Shown here: positions 9,829 through 20,008 of the stretch, piece after piece
How the letters are laid out: each line of letters opens with the position of its first letter
How positions within the stretch are numbered: position 1 is the stretch's first letter
Source: an uncultured delta proteobacterium
Lineage (GTDB): Bacteria > Desulfobacterota > Desulfobacteria > Desulfobacterales > Desulfosalsimonadaceae
Assembly (NCBI GenBank): GCA_963826785.1
Contig: CAWGYD010000002.1
Span: 1-64,000, forward strand
DNA: 64,000 nt
Reading direction: 5' to 3'
Position numbers and translations under genes: made by a program
The notes under the pieces: generated by a model
What the model saw: the letters and a program-made list of their open reading frames with translations, nothing else
Told to the model about the DNA's origin: nothing
Database searches by the model: none

Positions 9829-10914
9829 GTGGCTGTCCATTGCGCAGAAAAACAGGATGAAATCAGCGGCGCCCCGGAGGCCCATGTCGAAGATCTGCCC
9901 GAAGAAACTTTTATTGCGAAATATCTCAAGGGCAAGCCCCTGGCGGAAATCGTCATGGCTTACGGTAACGGGATCAAACGATACGCCCGCCAGGGAGAAT
10001 TCGGAAAAGCGGAGAAACTGCGGGAGAGGCTGATCGCCGTCGCCCCGACTGCGGTTGCCGAAATCGTCCAAACCGCAGAGATCATTGAACGCGAAAAAAC
10101 CGCATCAATGGATTATGAGCGGATCAAACCCTGGGCCGGCTTGTTCAATACCTTTACACCGGGGGAAGCCGCCGAATTCTATTATGCCCTCAAAGAAGTG
10201 AACGTCAAGGCCCGCCAATCCATCTTCCGACAGGGGAATTGCGATAACCGCCTCTATTTCATCGCTTCAGGCAAGTTCAAACTGAGCTACTTTGCGCCAC
10301 AGGAAAAGAAAACAGTGGTATTTGCAGAAGTCGGGCCCAGGCACATTTGCGGCGTGGAAACGTTCTTCACCCATATGACCCATTCAACCAATCTCGTGGC
10401 CATTGAAGACTCGCATATTCTTTTTCTCACCAAACAGGAATACCAAAAACTGGTATCAAAGCATCCGGCCATACAATCCAAACTGATCACCTTCTGTGAA
10501 AAGTATCAGTTGAAATTCGAACATTTGAAAAAAATGGACAATCCGGCCAGAAGAGCACATCCCCGATTTCAGATCGCCCTCAAAGGTGAAATTCACCGAA
10601 TCGATTCAAAAGGCTCAATCCAACCATCGGGGCTTGAAATGACGGTTGCGGATATCTCGGTGGGCGGACTCTCCTTCAAGATTCCGAGAATGGGGCTCAG
10701 CGATGCGGCCGGTCTTCACCTGAGTATCGTCCGGGCAACGGTTTACTACCGGAAATTTTCCATCACCCATCAGTTCAGCAGAATGGCCAAGGTCGTGGCC
10801 GTCCGGTTTCTGCCCTTCGGGGAATGCTCGGTCCACCTTCAGTTCCAGGATCCGCTGGAAGAGGGAAAGGTCTTTGATATTGCAAAGCATACGAACGTCA
10901 CCGCATTTTTATAA
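9829..10914 (+). CDS. Cyclic nucleotide-binding (Crp-like) domain plus C-terminal PilZ domain protein
   Basis: IFRQG..DNRLYFIASG cNMP signature; PilZ motifs RRAHPRF and DISVGG; SD AGGAG. Confidence 0.8.
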   Translation: MAVHCAEKQDEISGAPEAHVEDLPEETFIAKYLKGKPLAEIVMAYGNGIKRYARQGEFGKAEKLRERLIAVAPTAVAEIVQTAEIIEREKTASMDYERIKPWAGLFNTFTPGEAAEFYYALKEVNVKARQSIFRQGNCDNRLYFIASGKFKLSYFAPQEKKTVVFAEVGPRHICGVETFFTHMTHSTNLVAIEDSHILFLTKQEYQKLVSKHPAIQSKLITFCEKYQLKFEHLKKMDNPARRAHPRFQIALKGEIHRIDSKGSIQPSGLEMTVADISVGGLSFKIPRMGLSDAAGLHLSIVRATVYYRKFSITHQFSRMAKVVAVRFLPFGECSVHLQFQDPLEEGKVFDIAKHTNVTAFL

Positions 10915-10933
10915 AGAAGCGGACCACAGGAGA

Positions 10934-12019
10934 ATGACCATGCCCTACCTATCCGTCATGGAAAAAGAACCACCTGCCGAAACGATCAACAGGGCGAAAA
11001 TTCTGATCGTCGACGATGAACCCGCCATCCGGCATCTGCTCAGGCAGCTTCTGGAAAAGGAAAGATATGCCTGCTTCACCGCCGAAGACGCGGAGTCGGC
11101 AATCACATTTTTAGACACCAATCCAATGGACATGGTGATCAGCGATTTGTCCATGCCGGGAAAATCCGGGATGCAGCTTCTTGAGCATATCCGGGAACAG
11201 TTTCCGGGTGTCGCCACCATGATCATGACGGGTACGGGCAATTCAGATACTGCACGGACAGCCATAGCCCTGGGCGCTTATGGTTACTTGTACAAGCCTT
11301 TCCAGAAAAGGCAGGTTCTGGCCAATATCTCGGATGCACTCTGCCGCAGATCGACGGAACTCCAGAACCGGTTTGAAAAGGAAAACCTGGAGCAGATCAT
11401 CGACGAAAACAAACGCCACCTCTCCACCTTCGATGAAAAAATCAACCAGATATTGGAGAGCATTGTCAGGGCCATGTCCATGGCGATTGAATCGCGTGAC
11501 CCTTATACCGCCGGCCATCAGCAACGGGTCGGAAAACTGGCCGCGGCCATCGCATCGCAGATGGGATTTTCAGAAGAACAAATCCAGTATATCCGGATGG
11601 CCGGGATCATTCACGACCTTGGCAAAATCTCCGTTCCGGCCGAAATTCTGAGCAAGCCCGGAAGACTTTCTGAAGCGGAAATGAACATTATCAAAGATCA
11701 TCCCAGAATCGGCTATCACATTTTAAAGGAGATCGAGTTTCCCTATCCCATTGCGCAAATCGTCTATCAGCACCATGAACGGATGGATGGATCAGGGTAT
11801 CCACAGGGGCTGACCGAACCCCATATCCTTGCCGAAGCAAAGATTCTCGCGGTGGCTGACGTGGTCGAGGCCATGATGTCGCACCGGCCCTACCGACCGG
11901 CATTAGGCATAGATGCGGCGATCGCGGAAATTGAAAAAAACAGGGACCGGTATTTCGATTCAGCGGTTGTGGACGCCTGCTGCCATCTCTGCCGGGACGA
12001 AAAATTCAATTTCGAATGA
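10934..12019 (+). CDS. Response regulator with HD-GYP cyclic dinucleotide phosphodiesterase domain
   Basis: ILIVDDE receiver; RDPYTAGH, IIHDLGK, HHERMDGSGYP, HRPYR; SD AGGAG before ATG 10934. Confidence 0.93.
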   Translation: MTMPYLSVMEKEPPAETINRAKILIVDDEPAIRHLLRQLLEKERYACFTAEDAESAITFLDTNPMDMVISDLSMPGKSGMQLLEHIREQFPGVATMIMTGTGNSDTARTAIALGAYGYLYKPFQKRQVLANISDALCRRSTELQNRFEKENLEQIIDENKRHLSTFDEKINQILESIVRAMSMAIESRDPYTAGHQQRVGKLAAAIASQMGFSEEQIQYIRMAGIIHDLGKISVPAEILSKPGRLSEAEMNIIKDHPRIGYHILKEIEFPYPIAQIVYQHHERMDGSGYPQGLTEPHILAEAKILAVADVVEAMMSHRPYRPALGIDAAIAEIEKNRDRYFDSAVVDACCHLCRDEKFNFE

Positions 12020-12062
12020 TATATCATCCGACTCGACAAAACGCATGAGACGAGGAAATGAC

Positions 12063-12572
12063 ATGTACCAGGGCATACCTCTTGATAACGAAGCCAAAGC
12101 ACTTTACGAGCAGATTGAACTGAGCGGCATAAGCGGCAATGAAATTGAGACCATCATTAAACACGAATTTACCGGGCTGGATGATGAAGCCCAACAAATC
12201 TACAAGGACGTCAACCTTCTTCGGGAATCATTCATTTTCCTGACGCTGACCCATAGCGTCATCGTTCAGAAAACACTGCGCGACACGGTGGAAAGTTACG
12301 GCAATCCCAGGTCCGACGTATACCATTCAGTAAACAGCGCCGATTCGATGAAGGATATCTTTTCCCTGATTCAAACTGCGGTCCGATGCCTCGGCGCATT
12401 CGGGGACCGGGAAGATGCCGATCTGCTCAACACCATAAAAATTCGGGAGGAGGATTTCTGCAATCTGAAAAAGGGATTTTTGCAAAACACCGCCCATCAC
12501 CGGCAATCGGTGAAAAAATTAATGACAGTTGTGGAGGAAGGACTCCAGCGGTTATCATTTGAAAACATCTGA
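12063..12572 (+). CDS. Hypothetical protein (predicted helical)
   Basis: Long in-operon ORF; GAGG SD before ATG 12063. Confidence 0.7.
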   Translation: MYQGIPLDNEAKALYEQIELSGISGNEIETIIKHEFTGLDDEAQQIYKDVNLLRESFIFLTLTHSVIVQKTLRDTVESYGNPRSDVYHSVNSADSMKDIFSLIQTAVRCLGAFGDREDADLLNTIKIREEDFCNLKKGFLQNTAHHRQSVKKLMTVVEEGLQRLSFENI

Positions 12573-12588
12573 AAAGGAGTCCCGGTAA

Positions 12589-15456
12589 ATGGGCATTTTC
12601 CTGCTGATGCGCCCCCGGGCAGGCGCGGAGAAATCACAAAGGAGATCGAGTATATCCAACTCGCTGCTGGCCGTCATTCTGCTATTCGGCATATTGGTCA
12701 TCACCATCGATACACTGAGGGATTACGTCAGCACCCGAAAAGAGATCATCCGGCTGGCGATCGAAAACCTCACCGGCATTGCCGGAAACAAAGCCGAATT
12801 GATCCATCTTTACATGGGTCAGAAAAAAAACCTGGTGGCGGAGCTGGCCACCCGGCCCACCCTGAAACATGCGCTGGCAGATTTCAGTTTCGTCTATGAC
12901 CAAAACGGCCTGAAATCGGCAGAATATCGAAAAACAGACCAACGATATCGAAATTATTTCAAAAGGTTCGGGCAATTTGGAGAATACCACGATATCTTTC
13001 TTATTTCGCCCGATGGCAGGGTCATTTTTTCCCTGGCGCATGAACCCGATTTCGGCACCAGTTTGATCAGCGGCCCTTACCTTAAATCCGGATTGTCTGA
13101 CATTTTTTCGAAAACCGTCTCAAATGGACATACGCTGGCCTCCGGTGTCGATTATTACCGACCGACCGGCGCTCCGGCCATTTTCATCACCGCACCGATC
13201 TTCATCGATGATGATTTGGCCGGTGTCGTGGCGGCCCAGTTGAGCTCAAAAGCCATCGACAAGTTGTCCCGGGACTACACCGGTTTGAAAAGCAGCGGTG
13301 AAATCGTTCTGGCCAGAAAGGCGGGTAATGAGATACTGGTGATCGCCCCCCTGCGCCATATCTCAACGGCTGCATTTGAGAAAAAGTTCAAGATCGGCGC
13401 TCCGATTGCAAACCCGATCCAGGCGGCGGTGGAAGGCACCACGGGGTCGGGTGAATCGATCGATTATCGGGGAAAGCGGGTTTTTGCCGCCTGGCAGTAC
13501 CTCCCGGATATCGATTGCGGAATGGTGGTCAAAATAGATGCGGATGAAACGATTGCCCCCGTAATGGAGAATATTCAATGGTCGTTAGCCATGGGTTGCG
13601 GATTTCTGATCATTCTGGCCGGTATTTCACTGCTGGTGTCCCGCTCCATTACCCGACCAATCACCCGCCTTACCCGGGCGACCCAGCTGATCGCCGAAAA
13701 TGAACTGTTTGAAAAGGTGGATATCCGCCCTCGAAATGAAATCGGGACCCTGGCCGATTCATTTAACATCATGGTGGAGCGCCTGAACGTCTCGCGGAAG
13801 CGCCTCAGCGTTCAGCACATGCTTCTGGAGGGCATCAACGAGGTTTTCCGTGAATCTCTGGCTCGGGATACCGTCAGGGAAGCCGGGCTTGTGTGTTTGT
13901 CCGTTGCCGGGAAAATAACCGGCAGCCAATTTGGATTTCTGGGCCAAGTCAATGAAAACGGCAGGCTTGACACCATTTGCCAAAGCGGTCCGGGATGCCC
14001 GGAGTGCGCCATTCCCTCGCCGGATTCAGACCTGCATATCGGCGGCATGTGGGGGGATGTCATCACCAAAAGCAGATCGCTGGTCATCAATACCCCCGCC
14101 GATCACCCTGGCCCGGCCGGAATACTACCCGGATATCCGGAGATCACCTCGTTTATGGGAGTCCCCCTGCGGCATGGAAACCAGGTCTACGGAATGATTG
14201 CCCTGGCCAATAAACCCGGCGGATACAGTGAAACAGACCGGCACAATATCGAACGGCTGGCCACCGCCATTGTAGAGGCCATCACACGAAAAGAGGATCA
14301 GGAAGAACTCCGGCTTTACAAGGATCACCTGGAAACGTTGATTGATAAGCGGACCCGGCAATTGGGCGAAAGCGAGGAGCGATTCCGTGCCACATTTGAC
14401 CAGGCACCCGTGGGGATCATCCAGATTGCACAGGAGGGACGGATTCTGAGGGTAAACCGGATGATTTGCGAAATTACCGGCTATACCGAAGAGGAATTCA
14501 TCGGACTTAATTTTATGGCGACTTCCTTTGCGGATGTTCTGAAACCCGATTCGGAAAACGTCCGGAAGCTTCGCTCCGGTGAGATCAATTCCTATTTCAT
14601 AGAAAAGCAATATACCCGAAAGGATAAAAAACAGGTCTGGATCAACCTGACGGTCAGCCTGATGCGTGACACGAACAATGCCCCCAAATACTTCATCTGC
14701 ATCATCGACGATATCAGTTTCAAGAAGGAATCTGAGGAAGTGCTTCAGCGCGTCATGGAAAATCTCGAACGATCCAATCACGAACTGGAGCAATTCGCCT
14801 ATGTCGCGTCCCACGACCTTCAGGAGCCGCTTCGCATTGTGGCGAGCTATGTTCAGCTCATCGAGCGGAGATACGCGGACAAACTGGATCAGGATGCCCG
14901 GGATTTCATCCATTTCGCCGTGGACGGAGCCAACCGGATGAAATCGCTCATCAACGATCTGCTATCATTTTCCAGGGTGGAGACCCGGGGCAGGCCGCCG
15001 GAAAAGACAGACATGAATGAGGTGATGGGAGAAGCGCTGGTCAACCTGAGCCATTACCTTCAGGAGCATCAGGCACTGGTCACCCATGATGAACTGCCGG
15101 CGGTCTGGGCGGATCGGGGCCAGATGGTCCAGCTGCTGCAGAACCTGATCTCGAATGCGGTCAAATTCAGGCGTGAGGAAATTCCCCGCGTCTATATCTC
15201 CGCCGCAGAAGTCGAAAGTGATTGGCTCTTTTCCGTTGAGGATAACGGCATCGGGATCGAAGAGATCTATCACGAGCAAATATTCGTGATTTTCAAACGG
15301 CTGCATGGTAAGAAAGACTATCCCGGCACCGGAATCGGCCTGGCGATCTGCAAGCGGATTGTGGAGCGCAACGGCGGGCACATCGGAATAGATTCCACCC
15401 CCGGATCCGGAACCACCTTTTATTTTAGTTTACCACAAGCCGAAGGAGAAAAATGA
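12589..15456 (+). CDS. Membrane sensor histidine kinase (Cache-HAMP-GAF-PAS-HisKA-HATPase)
   Basis: Two TMs; HAMP (ITRPITRL...[10 protein letters not shown]); H-box [28 protein letters not shown]. Confidence 0.93.
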   Translation: MGIFLLMRPRAGAEKSQRRSSISNSLLAVILLFGILVITIDTLRDYVSTRKEIIRLAIENLTGIAGNKAELIHLYMGQKKNLVAELATRPTLKHALADFSFVYDQNGLKSAEYRKTDQRYRNYFKRFGQFGEYHDIFLISPDGRVIFSLAHEPDFGTSLISGPYLKSGLSDIFSKTVSNGHTLASGVDYYRPTGAPAIFITAPIFIDDDLAGVVAAQLSSKAIDKLSRDYTGLKSSGEIVLARKAGNEILVIAPLRHISTAAFEKKFKIGAPIANPIQAAVEGTTGSGESIDYRGKRVFAAWQYLPDIDCGMVVKIDADETIAPVMENIQWSLAMGCGFLIILAGISLLVSRSITRPITRLTRATQLIAENELFEKVDIRPRNEIGTLADSFNIMVERLNVSRKRLSVQHMLLEGINEVFRESLARDTVREAGLVCLSVAGKITGSQFGFLGQVNENGRLDTICQSGPGCPECAIPSPDSDLHIGGMWGDVITKSRSLVINTPADHPGPAGILPGYPEITSFMGVPLRHGNQVYGMIALANKPGGYSETDRHNIERLATAIVEAITRKEDQEELRLYKDHLETLIDKRTRQLGESEERFRATFDQAPVGIIQIAQEGRILRVNRMICEITGYTEEEFIGLNFMATSFADVLKPDSENVRKLRSGEINSYFIEKQYTRKDKKQVWINLTVSLMRDTNNAPKYFICIIDDISFKKESEEVLQRVMENLERSNHELEQFAYVASHDLQEPLRIVASYVQLIERRYADKLDQDARDFIHFAVDGANRMKSLINDLLSFSRVETRGRPPEKTDMNEVMGEALVNLSHYLQEHQALVTHDELPAVWADRGQMVQLLQNLISNAVKFRREEIPRVYISAAEVESDWLFSVEDNGIGIEEIYHEQIFVIFKRLHGKKDYPGTGIGLAICKRIVERNGGHIGIDSTPGSGTTFYFSLPQAEGEK

Positions 15457-15914
15457 TCATGAGCATATTGGGCGCAAAACCCATTGAGATTCTGCTGGTG
15501 GAAGACAATCCTGGCGATGTCCGCCTCACCCAGGAGGCGCTGAAAGAAGGCAAGGTGGCCAATAATCTGCATGTGTCGTATGATGGCGTTGAGGCGTTGA
15601 CTTATCTTAGAGGCGAAGGCAATCATGCAGACAGAACCCTTCCGGACCTGATCCTGCTGGACCTGAACCTTCCCAAAAAAGACGGTCGGGCGGTTCTGGA
15701 AGAAATCAAAAATGATGAGGAACTCAAAAAAATACCGGTGGTGATCCTCACCACTTCCCGTGATGAAGAGGATGTCCTGAAGACCTACAAGCTGCACGCC
15801 AACTGCTTTATTTCCAAACCGGTGGAGCTGGATCAGTTCATTCATGTGATACGGTCCATCGAGGATTTCTGGCTGACCGTGGTGCGGCTGCCATCTTGCC
15901 GTAAACATTCCTAA
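15453..15914 (+). CDS. Single-domain response regulator (Rcp1-like)
   Basis: [35 protein letters not shown] overlap with the kinase. Confidence 0.93.
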   Translation: MIMSILGAKPIEILLVEDNPGDVRLTQEALKEGKVANNLHVSYDGVEALTYLRGEGNHADRTLPDLILLDLNLPKKDGRAVLEEIKNDEELKKIPVVILTTSRDEEDVLKTYKLHANCFISKPVELDQFIHVIRSIEDFWLTVVRLPSCRKHS

Positions 15915-15943
15915 ATCCCAATCCCTTCAGATCGGAGCTGTGC

Positions 15944-18397
15944 ATGGGGGATGTCACAAAAATCCTGTTGATCGAAGACAATCCGGCCGACAGCCGGCTG
16001 ATGGGCGAAATGATACGGGATTTCAAATCGATCCGGGTTGATCTGCATTGCGAAGAGATGCTTAAGTCCGCCATGAAAGCGCTACAGGCTCGTCCTTTCG
16101 ATCTGATCATTCTGGACCTTTCCCTTCCGGACAGCACCGGACTTTCGGCCCTGGAGCATTTAATGCGCCGGCATTCGGATCTTCCGGTCATCATCATGAC
16201 GGGACTCGATGACGAGCATACCGGTATTGAGGCCATGCGCAAAGGGGCCCAGGATTATGTGATCAAGGGCAGCATTGCGGCAAATTCCCTGGAGCGGATC
16301 ATCCGGTATGGAATCGAGCGGAAGCGCTCGGAAGGCGAACTCAAAAAAGCACTCGAAAATGCCGAATGCCGAAGAAGAGAAGTACTTGCGCTCTATAACG
16401 GAGCGCATTCGGTACTCCATTCCAAAAACTTCGAAATCGCCGTGCGTCATCTGTTTTATATCTGCAAGGAGCTCATCGGCGCCACGTCCGGAAACGTGGC
16501 CATGTTGTCCGTAAATGACCCCGACCATGAGGTGGTGCTATTCCAGGACAGTGCCTCCGGCTACTGTACAGCCAGACCCGACCTCCCCGTTCGCATTCAG
16601 GGGCTCCGGGCGGAAGCCTACCGGACGGGAAAAGCCGTATTTGAGAACGATTTCGCCGACAGCCAATGGATGCAATTGCCCCCGGAAGGGCAGGCCGAGC
16701 TTGAAAACGTGCTGTATGCCCCGTTGATTCGAAATGAAAAGGCTGTGGGCCTGATCGGGCTGGCCGATAAACCGGGCGGATTTACGCCTGAAGACGTCTA
16801 TAAAGTGAGCGCCTTTGGAGATCTGGCCGCCATCGCCCTCCAGAACACCGAACAATCAGAAGCGCTTCTTTCCAACCTGAACTTCGTGGAAACCCTTCTC
16901 AATACGCTGCCCAACCCGGTGTTTTATAAAAACAGCCAGGGTGAATTTCTCGGGTGCAACAATGCGTTTGCCCAACAGATTCTCGGAATTCCAGAAGAAG
17001 AAATCAAGGGACGGACCGTATTTGATTTTCCGAATATCTTCACTCCGGAGCAGGCCCATATCTCTCAGGCGCAGGATGAGCAGCTGTTCAGAGCCGGTGG
17101 GGTCCAGTCCTTTGAAGACACCTTCATCTGCGGGGACGGTAAAATCCGGGATTTTTATTTCGATAAAACCGTTTTCTATGATTCCGGGGGAAACATCAAC
17201 GGAATCGTGGGCATCATGCAGGATATCACCGAACGAAAGAAACTTGAAAAGCAGCTCCTGCAGTCACAGAAGATGGAAGCGCTGGGCACCCTGTCCGGGG
17301 GCATCGCCCATGATTTCAACAATATTCTCACGCCGATCCTCGGCTATACGGAAATGCTGATGGAAGATATGCCCGAAGGTTCGGTTCAGCACAGCAACCT
17401 TCATGAAGTCTATTTATCCGCCCAACGGGCAAAGGACCTGGTCAAGCAAATCCTGACCTTCAGCCGGCAGACTGAAACCCGGTCGATCCCATTTCAGATT
17501 CACTCCATCATCAAGGAGGCCGTCAAACTGATCCAGTCTTCTTTACCCGCCACCATTGAAGTGACCACGCACATTCAGTCCAGGGGGGTAATCACCGCAA
17601 ATCCCACCCAGATCCACCAGGTGGTCATGAACCTGTGCACCAACGCTTACCAGGCCATGCGGACGCGGGGCGGAAAACTGGAAGTTTCCCTTTCCGACCA
17701 GACGGTGGGGGATGATTTTGCCGCCAAGCTTCACCGTCTGAAACCCGGGGAATACATCTGTCTGAGGATATCGGATTCTGGCGGGGGAATTGCCCGGGAA
17801 CACCTGGATCGCATTTTCGAGCCCTATTTCACCACCAAGAAAAAAGAGGAAGGGACCGGTCTGGGGCTGGCGGTGGTGCATGGCATTGTCACTGCCTGCG
17901 GCGGGGCCATCACCGTTAAAAGTAAAATCGGCCAGGGGACGACCTTTGATGTGTTTTTCCCCAAAACCGGCCAAGAAGAGATCTTGAGTATCGAACCCGA
18001 TGGCGCTTCCGAATATGCCGGAAGCGGTAAAATCCTGCTGGTCGACGATGAACCCCAAATTATCAAGATGACCGGCATTCTGCTGAAAAAAATGGGGTAC
18101 GAAGCCTGTTCCCACATTGAATGGAACGCCGCCCTGGATGCATTTGCCAAAGACCCGTATTCCTTCGAGCTGGTGATTACCGATATGACCATGCCCGGCA
18201 TGACCGGCGACCGCCTGGCCGAAATCATCATGCGAATCCGCCCGGATATTCCCGTGATTATCTGCACCGGCTATAGCGAACTGCTCACCCGGGAACAGGT
18301 CAGAAAAAAGGGGATCGCCGACCTGATCATGAAACCACTGTCGCGGGCCGAGCTGTCCAGGGCCGTCCGGGAGGCGATTGAGACACACCGAAATTGA
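15944..18397 (+). CDS. Hybrid sensor kinase REC-GAF-PAS-HisKA-HATPase-REC
   Basis: N-terminal receiver; GIAHDFNN; FEPYFTTK/GTGLGL; C-terminal receiver. Confidence 0.93.
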   Translation: MGDVTKILLIEDNPADSRLMGEMIRDFKSIRVDLHCEEMLKSAMKALQARPFDLIILDLSLPDSTGLSALEHLMRRHSDLPVIIMTGLDDEHTGIEAMRKGAQDYVIKGSIAANSLERIIRYGIERKRSEGELKKALENAECRRREVLALYNGAHSVLHSKNFEIAVRHLFYICKELIGATSGNVAMLSVNDPDHEVVLFQDSASGYCTARPDLPVRIQGLRAEAYRTGKAVFENDFADSQWMQLPPEGQAELENVLYAPLIRNEKAVGLIGLADKPGGFTPEDVYKVSAFGDLAAIALQNTEQSEALLSNLNFVETLLNTLPNPVFYKNSQGEFLGCNNAFAQQILGIPEEEIKGRTVFDFPNIFTPEQAHISQAQDEQLFRAGGVQSFEDTFICGDGKIRDFYFDKTVFYDSGGNINGIVGIMQDITERKKLEKQLLQSQKMEALGTLSGGIAHDFNNILTPILGYTEMLMEDMPEGSVQHSNLHEVYLSAQRAKDLVKQILTFSRQTETRSIPFQIHSIIKEAVKLIQSSLPATIEVTTHIQSRGVITANPTQIHQVVMNLCTNAYQAMRTRGGKLEVSLSDQTVGDDFAAKLHRLKPGEYICLRISDSGGGIAREHLDRIFEPYFTTKKKEEGTGLGLAVVHGIVTACGGAITVKSKIGQGTTFDVFFPKTGQEEILSIEPDGASEYAGSGKILLVDDEPQIIKMTGILLKKMGYEACSHIEWNAALDAFAKDPYSFELVITDMTMPGMTGDRLAEIIMRIRPDIPVIICTGYSELLTREQVRKKGIADLIMKPLSRAELSRAVREAIETHRN

Positions 18398-18415
18398 AAA
18401 TCGCAAGCAGGCCAT

Positions 18416-19132
18416 ATGAATATGGAGACACTTGAAATCAAATATGTTTTAGAGCTTGGTACCGGCAGCACTCAGATATTTGATCTGCGCTTTGATGCCC
18501 GGCGCCTGGAACTCATCCGGGGAGCGGTCACCGACCTGCCCGAGTGGACCCGGCTCGAGTTCTGTCAATGTCCGCACTGCCCGCTGGATTTCGAATACAA
18601 TCCGCATTGCCCGCTGGCCGCCAGCCTATCGGAAGTGGTCGATCGATTCAAAGCGGTCATTTCCCACGATCAGATCGAATTAACGGTAATTACTGCGGAA
18701 AGACGAGTTTTTGCCAAGACCACCGTTCAGAAAGCCTTGAGTTCACTGCTGGGGCTCATGTTTCCTGCCAGCGGATGCCCGCACACGGCCTTCTTCAGGC
18801 CCATGGTGAGATTTCACCTGCCCCTGGCCTCGGACGAAGCCACCCTGTTCAGGGCCACCGGTATGTATCTGCTGGCACAATATTTTATCACGAAACAGGG
18901 GGGAACCGGAGATGGTGAACTCGAAGGCCTCAAGGAACTCTACAGCAACCTGCACATACTCAACACGCACATGGCCGAACGCATCCGGAGCGCCGTATCC
19001 CGGGATTCATCGGTCAATGCGATCATTCTCCTCGATGTATACACCCATACCATGCCTTTTGCCATAGAGGACCAGCTGGCGGAAATCCGATATTTGTTTG
19101 CGCCTTATTTTAATAACTGCGGATCGGTTTGA
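18416..19132 (+). CDS. Conserved Cys-rich hypothetical protein (DUF6901-like)
   Basis: WTRL..CQCPHCPL..HCP and SGCPH..FRPM.RFHLP motifs. Confidence 0.65.
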   Translation: MNMETLEIKYVLELGTGSTQIFDLRFDARRLELIRGAVTDLPEWTRLEFCQCPHCPLDFEYNPHCPLAASLSEVVDRFKAVISHDQIELTVITAERRVFAKTTVQKALSSLLGLMFPASGCPHTAFFRPMVRFHLPLASDEATLFRATGMYLLAQYFITKQGGTGDGELEGLKELYSNLHILNTHMAERIRSAVSRDSSVNAIILLDVYTHTMPFAIEDQLAEIRYLFAPYFNNCGSV

Positions 19133-19241
19133 ATAAACTTAAATCTGCTTGACAGATTTTTTTTCTATTGTTAAATATGTTTGTTTATATAAAGGGGCTG
19201 ATCGATGCACATTTAAAAAAAAATCAGTTCCCTATCGTATT

Positions 19242-19288
19242 TTCCTTGCTCTGGCGCAACCAGGGCTTAACATCCACGAGGAGGTCGC
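19242..19288 (+). promoter_or_regulatory. S6:S18 ribosomal protein leader RNA (autogenous control)
   Basis: TCCTTGCTC-hairpin-GGGC...TCCACGAGGAGG directly before rpsF; the 5' strand pairs with the SD. Confidence 0.8.
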
Positions 19289-19741
19289 ATGAACCGCTAC
19301 GAAACCATTCTGATGGTGGATACCGACACACCAGAGGAGGAGCAGGAGGCGATATTTGAAAAAATTCGCACCCTGATCGAGAAAGACGGCAAGCTGATCC
19401 TGTTTGACGACTGGGGGGTCAAAAAGTTTGCCTACGAAATCAAGAAGAAACGGCATGGCCACTATGTCCGGCTGGATTATTGCGGCATGGGAGGACTGGT
19501 CGATGAACTGGAGCGAATTTTGCGCCTGGATTTCCGGGTTCTGAAATTCATGACCATTCGCGCCGCCGTCGATGTCGATCCCGAAGCGATCATCATCGAA
19601 GAAGGCAAAGACCAGGAAGCAGAAGCGCAGGCAGCACCGGAGGCCAAATCGGAAGAAGGCGCCGCCGCCGCAGAAGAAGCCCCGGCAAAAGAAGCCGAGG
19701 CCGAAGCCTCACCCGAAACCGCAACAGAGGAAAAGGAGTAA
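19289..19741 (+). CDS. rpsF: 30S ribosomal protein S6 with acidic Ala/Glu-rich tail
   Basis: MNRYET...WG.KKFAYEIKK...GHY motif. Confidence 0.97.
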   Translation: MNRYETILMVDTDTPEEEQEAIFEKIRTLIEKDGKLILFDDWGVKKFAYEIKKKRHGHYVRLDYCGMGGLVDELERILRLDFRVLKFMTIRAAVDVDPEAIIIEEGKDQEAEAQAAPEAKSEEGAAAAEEAPAKEAEAEASPETATEEKE

Positions 19742-19744
19742 GCC

Positions 19745-19990
19745 ATGGCCGGTCCACAAAAAAGAAAGTTTTTCCATCGCCGCAAAGTCTGCCGTTTCTG
19801 CGCGGACAGCAGCCTGAAAATCGATTATAAAGATCAGAACATGCTGCGCTATTTCATCACGGAACGGGGGAAAATCATTCCCCGCCGAATTTCAGGGACC
19901 TGTGCCAAACATCAGCGGGAACTGGCCCGTTCCATCAAGCAGGCCAGGACCATTGCGCTGCTGCCCTACGTCGGGAACCTGGATGTCTGA
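19745..19990 (+). CDS. rpsR: 30S ribosomal protein S18 (zinc-binding form)
   Basis: CRFC...IDYKD...[19 protein letters not shown]. Confidence 0.98.
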   Translation: MAGPQKRKFFHRRKVCRFCADSSLKIDYKDQNMLRYFITERGKIIPRRISGTCAKHQRELARSIKQARTIALLPYVGNLDV

Positions 19991-20008
19991 TTCGGGCGCC
20001 ATCGAAGT

